Assembly: GCA_964016885.1 (NCBI GenBank)
Contig: OZ024741.1
Coordinates: 67,022,001 to 67,086,000 of the forward strand
DNA from: Eledone cirrhosa
Lineage: Eukaryota
Length of the DNA stretch: 64,000 nucleotides
Direction of reading: 5' to 3'
Positions 1 to 11,586 of the stretch are shown piece by piece. Each line of letters begins with the position of its first letter. Positions within the stretch are counted from its first letter, which is position 1. The position numbers and the translations under genes are program-made. The notes beneath the pieces are model-generated. The model had not been told where the DNA came from and made no database searches. It was given only the letters and a program-made list of their open reading frames with translations.

Positions 1-835
1 TCTTAGCTAATGGTGTGGCCACCTCCATATTATATGCGACGGGATCTATTTCTTCTAGGTCTATTTTCGTACTCAATATATGCTACCTTATCGACAAATC
101 CACTTCGAGCAAGAGCTTCATTGTAATAAGTGGAATGGTCGTTGAAAATACGCTCGTTGGTGGAAAGACGGGAAAGCCTCAACGAAACATTTCTTACCAG
201 GTTCTTGGTTATGCTGTATAGAGAGGTTGAAGACTCTAAAGAAGGCTGTGAGTTCTTTTCTGAACCTGTCGCAAGCACGAGGTCCGCACTTAGTCATGGT
301 CAAAAGACCATCGTCACGGTACAAACCACCGCCCGCGTTGGGGAATTCATCCTTGATAGAGAAAAGAAGGAAAAGGCCGATAAGATCAGTAACCTCCGCA
401 GAATCACTGGCGCCCATACTCACGTCGAATGGGGTACTATTGGATTTTTTAATCCAAATAGAGTCGTCGAAATTAATCACCGACTTTCGGCCATTGAGGA
501 TGACATCAACTTCGAAATCCTTAACCACTGTGAGTGTTATAGCGAAATTGATAGCTCAAAGGAGAAGTGGTGAAGTGATGGAGGAGTAGTAATTGTTGAT
601 GTCGAATTGGATAAAACAGCAATGTTCCTTGTTACATATGCCGTTGAACCAATCAATCACCGCGAAAGAATTGTTCCACAGTGCAAGAGGGTCCAAACTT
701 CTAATTTCAGGTATAATTCTATCAAGAATCGTTTTACTAAGTCTGCCTAAATCGGACTTCGTAGGGTTAATAAGCCGAATAGAGGGGTTGTTCGGAAAAT
801 TGGATTTGTGATCCTTCAGGGTAAAGTGGGGAGAA
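1..835 (-). pseudogene. PLE (Nematis-like) reverse transcriptase fragment, frameshifted and internally deleted
   Basis: Minus frames give FTLKDHKSNFPNNPSIRLINPTKSDLG, FIQFDINNYYSSI (motif A), DVSMGASDSAEVTDLIG (motif B) and GLYRDDGL (motif C). The sequence then jumps to thumb-region SITKNL..RLSRLS..YYNEALARSGF. Clade assignment is inference. Confidence 0.88.
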
Positions 836-1660
836 ATAGGCCCTGGAAATACTCTACGCCACAGACCACATCTTAAACAAAAAATCTGAGGCAATTTCGG
901 CTTGTAAACATAAATTGCACAAAACTTTCCTGTATTACAGCCCCACGTTATACCCTAACGGATAGTACGATCTATACGTGGATATTTTACGTCTTGATGT
1001 GGGAGCTAAGTATATGTTTTGTTTATACCATTACTTATTTGCATAGGTAAGTATATATTACCCGTATGTTTTGTGAAGGTACGTTTACCTTCTCGTACGT
1101 ATATTTGATTGTTTATGTTTTGGCGTATAATTTTATATATTCTGGTACATATGGTTTGGCTTTGTGTATACGGAAGTTTTGCGTCTGTGTGAGTATGCTG
1201 GTTCGTACGTATGTAGGGTGTGTGTATATGTGTACTTCATGTTTTGGTTGACTTACGTCTCCGAACATTCGTGTATTTACATGTAGGTATGTGGGTGTGC
1301 TTGTTATATACGTATTTATTTATTTATATACGTTTATATAATTATTTATTTATTTGTATACACGCATACACACACACACATATTTATATGTGCGTGGTTT
1401 TGTATACCTATGGTAAGTGTTTTGCGTATGCTTGTGTATGTACGTATTTGTTTGCGTGTATGTATTTATTTATTTCTATTACTTCTATATTGTATTTATT
1501 TACTTTGTTCTTAACTCTGTAGCGGAGATTCATTCGGTCTCCTAGTTAGAATTTTAGGCTACGACTTCTGCTATACCATTTACGTGGTTTTGTCTTTGCG
1601 TGCTATTGTTCTCCACGTTCCACATATGACGTATTATCTTCGTTTTTTTTGTTCATTGCC
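836..1660 (+). mobile_element. Inverted 3' end / pseudo-LTR of the PLE at 1-835
   Basis: Plus frame from 843 reads LEILYATDHILNKKSEAISACKHK, the typical LNKxSE..S.C.H end of a PLE GIY-YIG domain, in opposite orientation to the RT. Bases 1525-1660 match the repeat at 45240-45370. Confidence 0.7.
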
Positions 1661-3164
1661 AAAACACACACAGGACAAAATGAAAACACACACACGCATA
1701 GAACAAACAACCAACCAACAATAAATAAATAAATAAATAAACAAATAGATAAATGAACACAAACACACACAGACACCCGGATGTGGCGCATGCGCAAACT
1801 GAGCACACAACACACACACAGAAACAAAATGGCGTAGGATAGAAGAAAGGAAAGGCACAGAAACAAAGAAGGAATCCCCAGTCACTATATATATATATAA
1901 AGAAAAAGAGATGAAATCGAAAATGCAACTGGAGTCTTATTTTAAAAAAAAATATATATATTTATTTGGTTCCTTTACCGGTTTCGCAGTTCTTCTGCTT
2001 TTCAAAAGTAGAGTTGAGATGGAGGGTCTGTGGTTTTTCTCACATCTGGTTGGTCTCTGAATGTTACTTCTTTTATATGGAAAAAGTGGCTCGAAATGCC
2101 AGGTTTTTCGAGAAGTAATTTGATTGGTTGGTCAATAATTATAATAAATTTCGCTCCAGTTCGCGTTACAATAGTTCTTCAAATAAGAGGGGGGTTGTCA
2201 CAGGTTGTTTTTTTCATATATGAATGTTTGAATTTCTTTTTACTTGTAAAAAGGGACTCACGAAGGCTTTTTTTTGTTTTCTTTTTTTTGGTTGGTTATA
2301 AATGAAATTATGGCTGTCACGTGAACAAGTTTTCATTAAATTTTCGCGCCCTTATTTGGAAATCCATTCTGCAGCCTTTTTAGAGAATTTTATGATAAGT
2401 GAAAAATAATGGTCAAGAGAAATGGGATGGGAGAATTGTTCTGGGTCAGTGAATATGGTTAGTTCGCTGGGGTGTCAGAATTCAGATTTTCTATTGAATA
2501 AAGAAAGTAAAGATATGTATGTTTATTTGTGTGCTTGTGTGTGTGTGCGTGTGTGTGTGTGTGTATTGTGTGTGTGTGTTTGAATTTCGTTACTTAAAAC
2601 AAAGGTGGCTCACGAAGGGTTTTTTTTAATAAACGTGATTTGATTCGTTATAAATGAAATTTGGCTGTCACGTGAACAAGTTTTCATTACATTTTCGCGC
2701 CCTTATTTGGAAATCTATTCTGTAGCCTTTATAGAGAATGTTATGACAAGGAAAATATAGTGGTTAAGAGAAATGGGATGGGAGAATTGTTCTGGTTCAG
2801 TGAATATAGTTAGTTCGCTGGGGTGTCAGAGTTCAGATTTTCTATTGAAGTAAAGATATGTATGTTTATTTGTGTGCTTGTGTGTGTGTGTGTATGTGTG
2901 TATTGGAAGATGATTCTATTAGTAGAAATAGGGGAGGGAGTTGTGTGTGTGTGTATATGGGTGTTATGTGTGTGCGTGCGAGTATGTTAAGATGGAGAGA
3001 ATATATATTTTGTGTGTGTGTATATATGTGTGTAGGAAAGTGGTTCTATTAGTAGAAATGGGGAGGGAGTTGTGGGTGTGGGGGTTGTTATGTGTGTGTA
3101 TGGGTTTTATGTGTGTGGGAGTATGGTTAGCATGTTAAGATGAAGAGAATATATATATATATAT

Positions 3165-3225
<61 letters not shown>

Positions 3226-3429
3226 GAAAATGATTCCTTTAGTAGAAATATTTTTGAATGAACATATTTTCCTTACTTATTCGTATTTGTTCTGTTGTAT
3301 TGTCAGTGCAAACGTATTTTAAGGTTTATTTAGTTCGGGTTTTTATTTTCTAAAGTAGAAGGTGTTATGTGTGTGTATGTCATATTATGGTGTTGACATA
3401 ATGTATATTAAACCATATTTAATGCTGGT

Positions 3430-5666
3430 CTATATTTTTGAATAAACATATTTTCCTTATTTATTCGTATTTGTACTGTTGTATTGTTAGCGCAAACGTA
3501 AAATGGGAAGAATTGGAATTTGTGCAAATGTCTAGATGTGCACTTAGTGGTATCTGTCTCGTGGTTGGATCTCGTAATTGTTGGCGATGAACTGTCATTC
3601 TGTTTCTGAGTGTGAGTTTAGTTTGTCCTATATAATCTTCATTGCATCCTTTACATTTAATGGCATAAAGTAGATTTTTTGATGAGCAAGTGAAGTGATT
3701 TTTTACAGTAAAATGTTGTCCTGATTTTAAATGTATACGTGTTGCCTTCAATGAGGTGAGTGCAGGTTCCACAATTAGAGCGACCACATTTTTTAATAGT
3801 TGGTTGTGGGTTTGTGGTAGGTAATTTTGCATTGGTGAGTAATGTTTTCAGTGATTTTGGTTGTCTTTTGCTTTTGATTATTTTGTGTGTTTCACGGGCT
3901 TTTTTCATTCTTGGGTTTTGTTTTAGTAGTGGGATGTTCTTGTGAATAGTGTTGTAGCTTCCGCATTTCTTGGGTTGTGTGTTGAGATATATGATAGAAT
4001 ATTGGACGTACCTTGAATTTGTTTCTGTTTCCGTAATTCATCAATGCCTATTCCATTATTTATTAGTAATAGTGCGTACTCTCTCTCCAGTAGAATTTCC
4101 TTTAATTCTTGAAGTCTTTATTTCGCGTTTCATAATTGGAGACAATTGTGCAAATTCTTCTTTCTAGGTTAAAAGGAATGTTCGTCTTCGTGTGCTTTGG
4201 ATGGTTGGAGGTGAATAGCAGATATTGTTTGGAATCTGTTGGTTTGTAGTGTATGTCAGATTCGATATTGGTGTCTTTTTTAAAGATTAAGATGTCCAGA
4301 AATGGGAGTTGATCTTGGCTGTATACAGTTGTGAATTGGATGTGGTTATTGATGCCGTTTATTAAGTTTTTGAAATCCTTCAGTTGGTCGAGTGTGTGGG
4401 ACCAAAGAATGAGACAATCATCCAAGTAGCGCTTCCAATTCTCTGATAAATATTTGTGGAAGTTCAATCCGTATTTTGATTTGGACTGTTCATATATCTG
4501 GACTTCTAAGTATGCCATGACTAAGTTGGGATACGTTGGAGCGGCTTTTGTACCCATCGCAGTCCCCGATATTTGCTTATAAGTATTGCCATCGAAATAA
4601 AAAGTTGTTCTGTAAGATGAATTTTAATCCCTCGGTGATGAAGCTTTTTTCTATTCTGTCAGGTATCTCATTGGGATATTTCTCTAGCCAGAATCCTATT
4701 GCTTCTAGTCCGTATTGGTGTAGGATCGTTGTGTAGAGATTCACTACATCGAAAGACACAATAATAGTGCCGTTGTTGACATGTTTGGGGAGGTGGTTTA
4801 AGAAGTCCAGATCGTCTCTTACAAGGCTTGGTATGTGTTTGAGAATTGGTTTCAGTAGTATGTCTATAAAGTTGCTCAGTCTGTGTGTTTCACATTGTGG
4901 GCCCGCTACAATTGGTCTTAATTTAAGGTCTGTGGGGGTATTGTGTGTTCACGCAGGCTGAGGTGGATTGTTTACAGGCATCGTTGATTATTTTACACTT
5001 GTGGATCTTCGGAAGTCCGTAAAGGTTGCTGGTTTTGTATTCAAAATTTGTTAAATAATCGCGTTCCTTTTTAGTTAGGTCTTCCTGGTATCGATAAATC
5101 AGTGTGTTTAATCTGGTCATTATTTTTGATTGCTGGTAGTTTTTTACTCTTTCATAGTAATTAGTATTTTGTAAGAGAGAGAACATAGAATTTTTATATT
5201 TTTCAGCCTCCATAATGACAACAGTACTTCCCTTGTCCGCTTCCTTAATTATAATGTCCGTATTGTTTTTTAGTTCATGGATAATCTCCCATTCCCTTCG
5301 ACTCGTGTTGGGTTTAGGTTGCGGTAGTTCATGGTATGGGAAGGTAGCTATGTGGTCACAAAATTTGTCCAGAACTCTGTTTCTACCTTTTGTTGGGTTG
5401 TAGCTGCTTTTATTCCGTACAATTGATTCATCGTTATTCTCCTTGTCAAAGAATTCCTCTGTGAGACGTAATTTTCTACAGAAGTGTGAGATTTCGTCAT
5501 TTATCTCATTGGGGTTAGAGTATTGTGGTGTTGGTGTGAATTTCAGTCCTTTGGAGAGAATTTTTACTTGTTGGGCTGAGAGGTTTGTATTTGAAAGGTT
5601 AATTATTTTCGGTTTTTCAAAATCGGTTTGTGCCACCGGGTGTCGTGAGTCCTGTAGCCTTGGTCT
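3430..5666 (-). pseudogene. Neptune PLE RT plus C-terminal GIY-YIG endonuclease, several frameshifts
   Basis: IINLS..LSKGLKFTPTP, IIKEADKGSTVVIM, YGLPKIHK, LRPIVAG, SFDVVNLYT, GTAMGTKAAPTY, WKRYLDDC, LPFLDI, YKPTD..YL..SNHP, linker CGRSNCGTC, and LYAIKCKGCNEDYIGQT..RNRMTVH. Confidence 0.95.
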
Positions 5667-6796
5667 AAAAAATGATTTTTCTGGAATGTTTTTTCAATGG
5701 TATTATTATATCTAATGGTATTTCTCCTGTTGTTGTGTGGTCTTGTATAGAAGTTTCGGACGTATTGAGGTTCGGTTTGTTGATAGTCCGGGTTGTAGAT
5801 TTTGTTCCTTTGTGTGGGTTGGGATCTACGGTTTTGGAACAGGCTCTGTGTGGGCAGGGGTCTACGGTTTTGGAATAGGTTTTGTGTGGGTTGTGATCTG
5901 CGGATAAGGTCCTGCCTTGTGTTCGGGGATCTTTGGTTTTTGTTAGTAGGGTTATAGTTTTGTCTATGGTTTCTGGGATTATCGTTATAGTTTTGCTGGG
6001 GGTATGTTGGACGTTTTGTTACTTTTTTTGTTATTTGTGGTGTGTGAGTTTTAGTTTGTTTTAAAAATGGGTTACCTGTATGTTGTTCATTTTTGAAGTC
6101 CATTTCGTAGTTGTTGAACCAGGTGGCCTTTTTTTCCCATCGCTGGAGGGATGTTAGTTCTTCATCCTCACAGTTTTCTTTCCAAAGTTTTAGGGTTTTT
6201 TTGTAGAGTAGGCCTTCACAGTGCTTTGAGATTTCTGTGTCCATCTGTTGGTCGAGTGACTTGAATTTTTCTTCGTTGGAGTTGGCTCTTAATCGCAACA
6301 GTTCTATTTCTGTTTTAAATTTTTCCAACGTCATCTTTTCCCTAAGTCTTTGTTGGTTTTCTGGTTCATTCGGGATGGATTTTATTTGGAGTTTTTTGGG
6401 GAGGATGATTGGGGTAGAGTTTAGCCACTTTTCATATATGTCTGCCTTGCCATTATTTTTTAGGAGATTCCAAAGGGCGAAGTTGCGGGCTGTGAGCTTT
6501 TGAGTCCATATGTTGATTAGAGTGTTTTTCACTGAGTGGACATCTCGTAGATTGGGTTCTAACGGTTGTTCCAGCTTTTGGAGCATTGCTGTTTCAATGG
6601 TTTCAATTAGCTTAGTTAATACTGGAGTAATATTCGTCTTTTGGGTATTTTCTGTTTCTTCGTGGGGTCCTTTTTTATAGATGTGTATTTGGTCCACTTT
6701 GTTGGTCAAAATTGAGAGTTTAGAGGAAATCTCTTTGAGTTCATTTAAGATGTCCTGGTTCAGTGAGTTGTTGTTTTGTTGAGACTTTGGTGGCAT
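5603..6796 (-). CDS. PLE upstream ORF1, 397 aa: helical/coiled-coil-like N-terminal part, Q/N/R/P-rich C-terminal part
   Basis: Intact ATG-initiated ORF between the 5' pLTR and the RT, with heptad-like segments (ILNELKEISSKLSILTNKVDQI; EKFKTEIELLRLRANSNEEKFKSLDQQM). Function is inferred, not recognised. Confidence 0.72.
   Translation of the reverse strand: MPPKSQQNNNSLNQDILNELKEISSKLSILTNKVDQIHIYKKGPHEETENTQKTNITPVLTKLIETIETAMLQKLEQPLEPNLRDVHSVKNTLINIWTQKLTARNFALWNLLKNNGKADIYEKWLNSTPIILPKKLQIKSIPNEPENQQRLREKMTLEKFKTEIELLRLRANSNEEKFKSLDQQMDTEISKHCEGLLYKKTLKLWKENCEDEELTSLQRWEKKATWFNNYEMDFKNEQHTGNPFLKQTKTHTPQITKKVTKRPTYPQQNYNDNPRNHRQNYNPTNKNQRSPNTRQDLIRRSQPTQNLFQNRRPLPTQSLFQNRRSQPTQRNKIYNPDYQQTEPQYVRNFYTRPHNNRRNTIRYNNTIEKTFQKNHFLDQGYRTHDTRWHKPILKNRK
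5666..5672 (-). promoter_or_regulatory. Candidate -1 ribosomal frameshift slippery site U_UUU_UUA
   Basis: ORF1 codons CAT TTT TTA. The -1 frame continues RPRLQDSRHPVAQTDFEKPKIINLS into the RT frame. Confidence 0.6.
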
Positions 6797-8505
6797 TTTC
6801 GGTCTTCGTGTGGTGGGTATATATTAGAAAGTGAGGTTTTTTTTTACAAATTGAAAAATAACCGAGGTGTCCTACACGAGTGAAAGTATAAAGAAAAAGA
6901 GATGAAATCGAAAATGCAACTGGAGTCTTATTTTTTTTTTAAATATATATATTTATTTGGTTCCTTTACCGGTTTCGCAGTTCTTCTGCTTTTCAAAAGT
7001 AGAGTTGAGATGGAGGGTCTGTGGTTTTTCTCACATCTGGTTGGTCTCTGAATGTTACTTCTTTTATATGGAAAAGTGGCTCGAAATGCCAGGATTTTCG
7101 AGAAGTAATTTGATTGGTTGGTCAATAATTATAATAAATTCCGCGCCAGTTTAAAACACCTTCTACTTTAGAAAATAAAATCCCGAACTAAATAAACCTT
7201 AACATACGTTTGCACTGACAATACAACAGAACAAATACGAATAAGTAAGGAAAATATGTTCATTCAAAAATATTCCTACTAAAGGAATCATTTTCCTACA
7301 CACACACACACACAATATATATATATATATATATATATTCTCTTCATCTTAACATGCTAACCATACTCCCACACACATAACACCCATACAAACACATAAC
7401 AACCCCCACACCCACAACTCCCTCCCCATTTCTACTAATAGAACCACTTTCCTACATACATATATACACACACATAAAATACATATTCTCTCCATCTTAA
7501 CATACTCGCACACACACACATAACACCCATATACACACACAACTCCCTCCCCCATTTCTACTAATAGAATCATCTTCCAATACACACATACACACACACA
7601 CACACAGACACACACACACACACACACAAGCACACAAATAAACATACATATCTTTACTTCAATAGAAAATCTGAACTCTGACACCCCAGCGAACTAACCA
7701 TATTCACTGAACCAGAACAATTCTCCCATCCCATTTCTCTTGACCACTATCTTTTCCTTGTCATAACATTCTCTATAAAGGCTACAGAATAGATTTCCAA
7801 ATAAGGGCGCGAAAATGTAATGAAAACTTGTTCATGTGACAGCCAAATTTCATTTATAACGAATCAAATCACGTTTATTAAAAAAAAGCCTTCGTGAGTC
7901 ACCTTTGTTTTAAGTAAAGAAATTCAAACACACACACACAACACACACCCACACACAACACACACACACACACACACACACACAAGCACACAAATAAACA
8001 TACATATCTTTACTTTCTTTATTCAATAGAAAATCTGAATTCTGACACCCCAGCGAACTAACCATATTCACTGAACCAGAACAATTCTCCCATCCCATTT
8101 CTCTTGACCATTATCTTTCACTTATCATAAAATTCTCTAAAAAGGCTGCAGAATGGATTTCCAAATAAGGGCGCGAAAATTTAATGAAAACTTGTTCACG
8201 TGACAGCCATAATTTCATTTATAACCAACCAAAAAAAAAAAAAAAAGCCTTCGTGAGCCCCTTGTTTCAAGTAAAAAGAAATTCAAGCCCTCATATATGA
8301 AAAAACAACCTGTGACAACCCTCCCTCTTATTTGAAGAACTATTGTAACGCAAACTGGCGCGAAATTTATTATAATTATTGACCAACCAATCAAATTACT
8401 TCTCGAAAAACCTGGCATTTCGAGCCACTTTTTCCATATAAAAGAAGTAACATTCAGAGACCAACCAGATGTGAGAAAAACCACAGACCCTCCATCTCAA
8501 CTCTA

Positions 8506-8541
8506 CTTTTGAAAAGCAGAAGAACTGCGAAACCGGTAAAG
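8506..8541 (+). ncRNA. Minimal hammerhead ribozyme motif, U3-A8 core variant, in the Neptune pLTR (also 1973-2008 minus and 6964-6999 minus)
   Basis: ctt TTGAAAA GCAG-aagaa-CTGC GAAA CCGG TA aag: stem II, palindromic stem III and a 3-bp stem I. Confidence 0.65.
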
Positions 8542-8673
8542 GAACCAAATAAATATATATATTTAAAAAAAAAATAAGACTCCAGTTGCATTTTCGATTT
8601 CATCTCTTTTTCCTTATACTTTCACTCGTGTAGGACACCTCGGTTATTTTTCAATTTGTAAAAAAAACCTCAC

Positions 8674-8731
<58 letters not shown>

Positions 8732-9129
8732 CAATAATTATACAGGAGTAATCAACTGTTACTTTTGGTAAGGTGGGTACAGCTCAATTCGTTATTAGAG
8801 TCGACAGCATAGTGTTATCCAAGAAGGATCAAAAGTGTACTCCGATGGTTTAGGGTATTTATAGTTGAAGACAAAGTTATCTTTAATTTCAACAACTGTT
8901 CCTATAGAGATAAGTGTGGTACCAGTACATATAATCAATAAATCCACCAGAAAAGATCTGCATTTCATCAGAAGAAACGGTAGAAAGAGGAGTTGAGTTA
9001 TTTAGCATATAAGGAAGAATGTAAGTAAACAATATACACAGCTATAAGCAAGCTTACAAGAAGAAAAGAACAACTAAAAAAATGTTGAGCAATGGATTTA
9101 CATAAGAATAAAATTGTCCTAACACAACT

Positions 9130-9664
9130 CTCGCATCTCCTCGCGCACTAAACAAAAGGAACTGTGGCACGATTTCTTTGTAGACACCCTGGTTGATCAC
9201 CAGGCCTTGTAGCAGGAACTCTATGTGGACGATGTCCCTCACATTAAAGATCACGATCAATATGTGTTTGACTTTGGACTTCGACTGTCTTGCTTTATTC
9301 CACCTTGGCGATTCCGGACTCATCCAACGAAGGCTCTGGCACTTGGTCTCCGGGTTGTCCTCAAGAATCCATGACTCACCACCGTTGATGACTCGCCCCA
9401 GTAAGTCTGGTTCGGATTGAAGACACTCGAGGATCTCCTAACATATCTGCATGCGCCGTTCCTTCTGGTCATCACTCCGCAGCTCTGGCAACATCTTCTT
9501 GTTCAAATCTTCTGTGAAGAAACATATAATGGCTGCAGACAGTTGAGATCGCAATTAGGTACTTCCCAGATATTTCGTCTCACGGTTACGTAAGCCACTA
9601 ATCCCTACCCTACTAATAGCTCACACATCGCACTAAGACCTTATACTTTTCTGACACACCTCTA
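9130..9664 (-). mobile_element. Mariner/Tc1 transposon remnant (5' TIR and partial transposase)
   Basis: Minus strand reads GGESWILEDNPETKCQS and PRWNKARQSKSKVKHILIVIFNVRDIVHIEFLLQG..NQGVYKEI. TA-GAGGTGTGTCAGAAAAGTAT TIR-like end at 9645-9664. Confidence 0.85.
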
Positions 9665-9797
9665 TATAAGTAAGTATCTAACGAAAATGTGCACTCCGGT
9701 CAGCTGGGCTCAAATTTATACGAACTTAGTTTTCCATGGAGTGAGTGAGAAAACGGCCGAAGCTATGTCCGTTCTATTCGACTTGCTTCGTCTCCTA

Positions 9798-9896
<99 letters not shown>

Positions 9897-9897
9897 G

Positions 9898-9931
<34 letters not shown>

Positions 9932-10292
9932 CGGACTTCTATATGCCTAACACTGTTTTCTTCATATGAAATCACCAGGAACGTCAGATAAAATTGGTCA
10001 GATTCATTATTTAAAGATGTCATTGAGATGGATGTTGAGAGGTGTGAGGGAGTTTTATGAAGAAAGATTCGGCTGTGTAGATAATAGGAGGAGGTGGAGA
10101 TGGCGAAGACGACGGAATGAAGGGGAAGACAAAATAGGTGATTAGACATTAACAGAGAGTATAGCAACTCTCCTATAATTTCGTAGAATAATAACAAAGC
10201 TATAATGGCCCCTATCTCCTCACCCTAGCCCCAACCCTTACCCTCATTTGCCTCAGTATATATTTACCTACTCTCCATTAATAAAGTTCAAA

Positions 10293-10361
10293 ATTCTTCT
10301 TCTTCTTCTTCTTCTTCTTCTTCTTCTTCTTCTTCTTCTTCTTCTTCTTCTTCTTCTTCTT
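10293..10361. repeat. (CTT)n microsatellite
   Basis: Directly visible. Confidence 0.95.
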
Positions 10362-10789
10362 GTCACGCCCCTCTCTCTTTGTAGGAAGAAATTGACTGTC
10401 GTCAGAACTGGAGTAGATGGGCTCCGCCGTGTTTAAGATACGCAAGACACAAAGCGCCCCTATGATTCCATTAACAAATTACAATCCTTTAAAAGAATAA
10501 TGAGAAAATTACCCTCTAGCATAGGCTGAAAGCCAGAATTTATAGTGGAGAAGTGGAACAGCAAATTATATCGATCTGAGTAATTGTCTCTTTACTGCTA
10601 CTATATTTTATCGACCCCCAGAGGGTGGAAGACAAAAGTAATAGAGAATGCTATTGATTACACCACTAGTACCACCCACACTAACATCGTATTTAGAAAA
10701 TTAATTAAACATCATCTTGAATATGCGACAACAGCTTTAACTCTTTCAATTAATGTAAAAAAGACTGGAACATCAACCACCTTTTAATC

Positions 10790-11400
10790 TTGCGTATTTG
10801 GGCAGTACGATATCAGTTGATAACCGCCTGGATGTAGAAGTGAGTCACCACATCAACGGCGATCACTTTCAGTAAGCTTAGCAAAAGACTATGGAAATAA
10901 CGTGTCCCTAAAACTGTTAACAAAGTTAACCAAGCTGTTAAATTATATTGTCTGTTGTATTAGATGAAACTTACACATTTCATCTTCGGCACATATAAAT
11001 CTGATGAACTGACAAGTGCATCATTTAATATCGATAGCGATGATTTTCCATCCGAGACCACAATATCCAACTAGGTGGTTCTGCAGCGTTCAAATGTACT
11101 ACGTGTTAACCCCATTCTGCTTGAATCGTAGCTACTTCGGATTGGAATAGATGATTCGTATGGATGATACAGTGATCCGTAAAGCAGTGATCTAAAGAGA
11201 CATTAAGTTTGGAAGCCGTTGCAAAGGCTGTTTATAATCCCATTATAAGGATGTTTCCAAACGATATCACAATGAAGTGGGTGGCATGATTGATACTACA
11301 TGGGAGAAGTCAATGACCAATCGTGAAAAATGGCGCTCAGCTATCAAGAAAGGAATAAATGTTGAAGAATCAAAATGGTCGAAAAAAAAAGAACGAGCCC
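10790..11400 (+). pseudogene. Degenerate RTE-clade LINE RT C-terminal remnant
   Basis: YLGSTISVDNRLDVEVSHHI..FSKLSKRLW-like translation followed by decayed RTE C-terminal sequence, with many stops. Confidence 0.6.
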
Positions 11401-11460
11401 CAGGTTGGCGAATACTAAATTAGTAAATTTATTAGGCGAAAACTTTTCAGAGGTCGTTTC

Positions 11461-11537
<77 letters not shown>

Positions 11538-11548
11538 CTCTGTTAGTA

Positions 11549-11586
<38 letters not shown>

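Larger units (their letters stand above)
1890..8684 (-). mobile_element. Neptune-type Penelope-like element with direct and inverted pseudo-LTRs
   Basis: ORF1 and RT-GIY-YIG on the minus strand. 1897-2160 is directly repeated at 6888-7150, 7151-8610 is an inverted copy of about 1900-3366, and 8360-8684 is an inverted copy of 6818-7150. Both ends abut (TA)n. Confidence 0.93.

Noticed and set aside
8730-9050. HHR at minus-strand CTGATGA (8965-8971)
   Set aside because: No correctly placed stem II and GAAA. At most a decayed pLTR.
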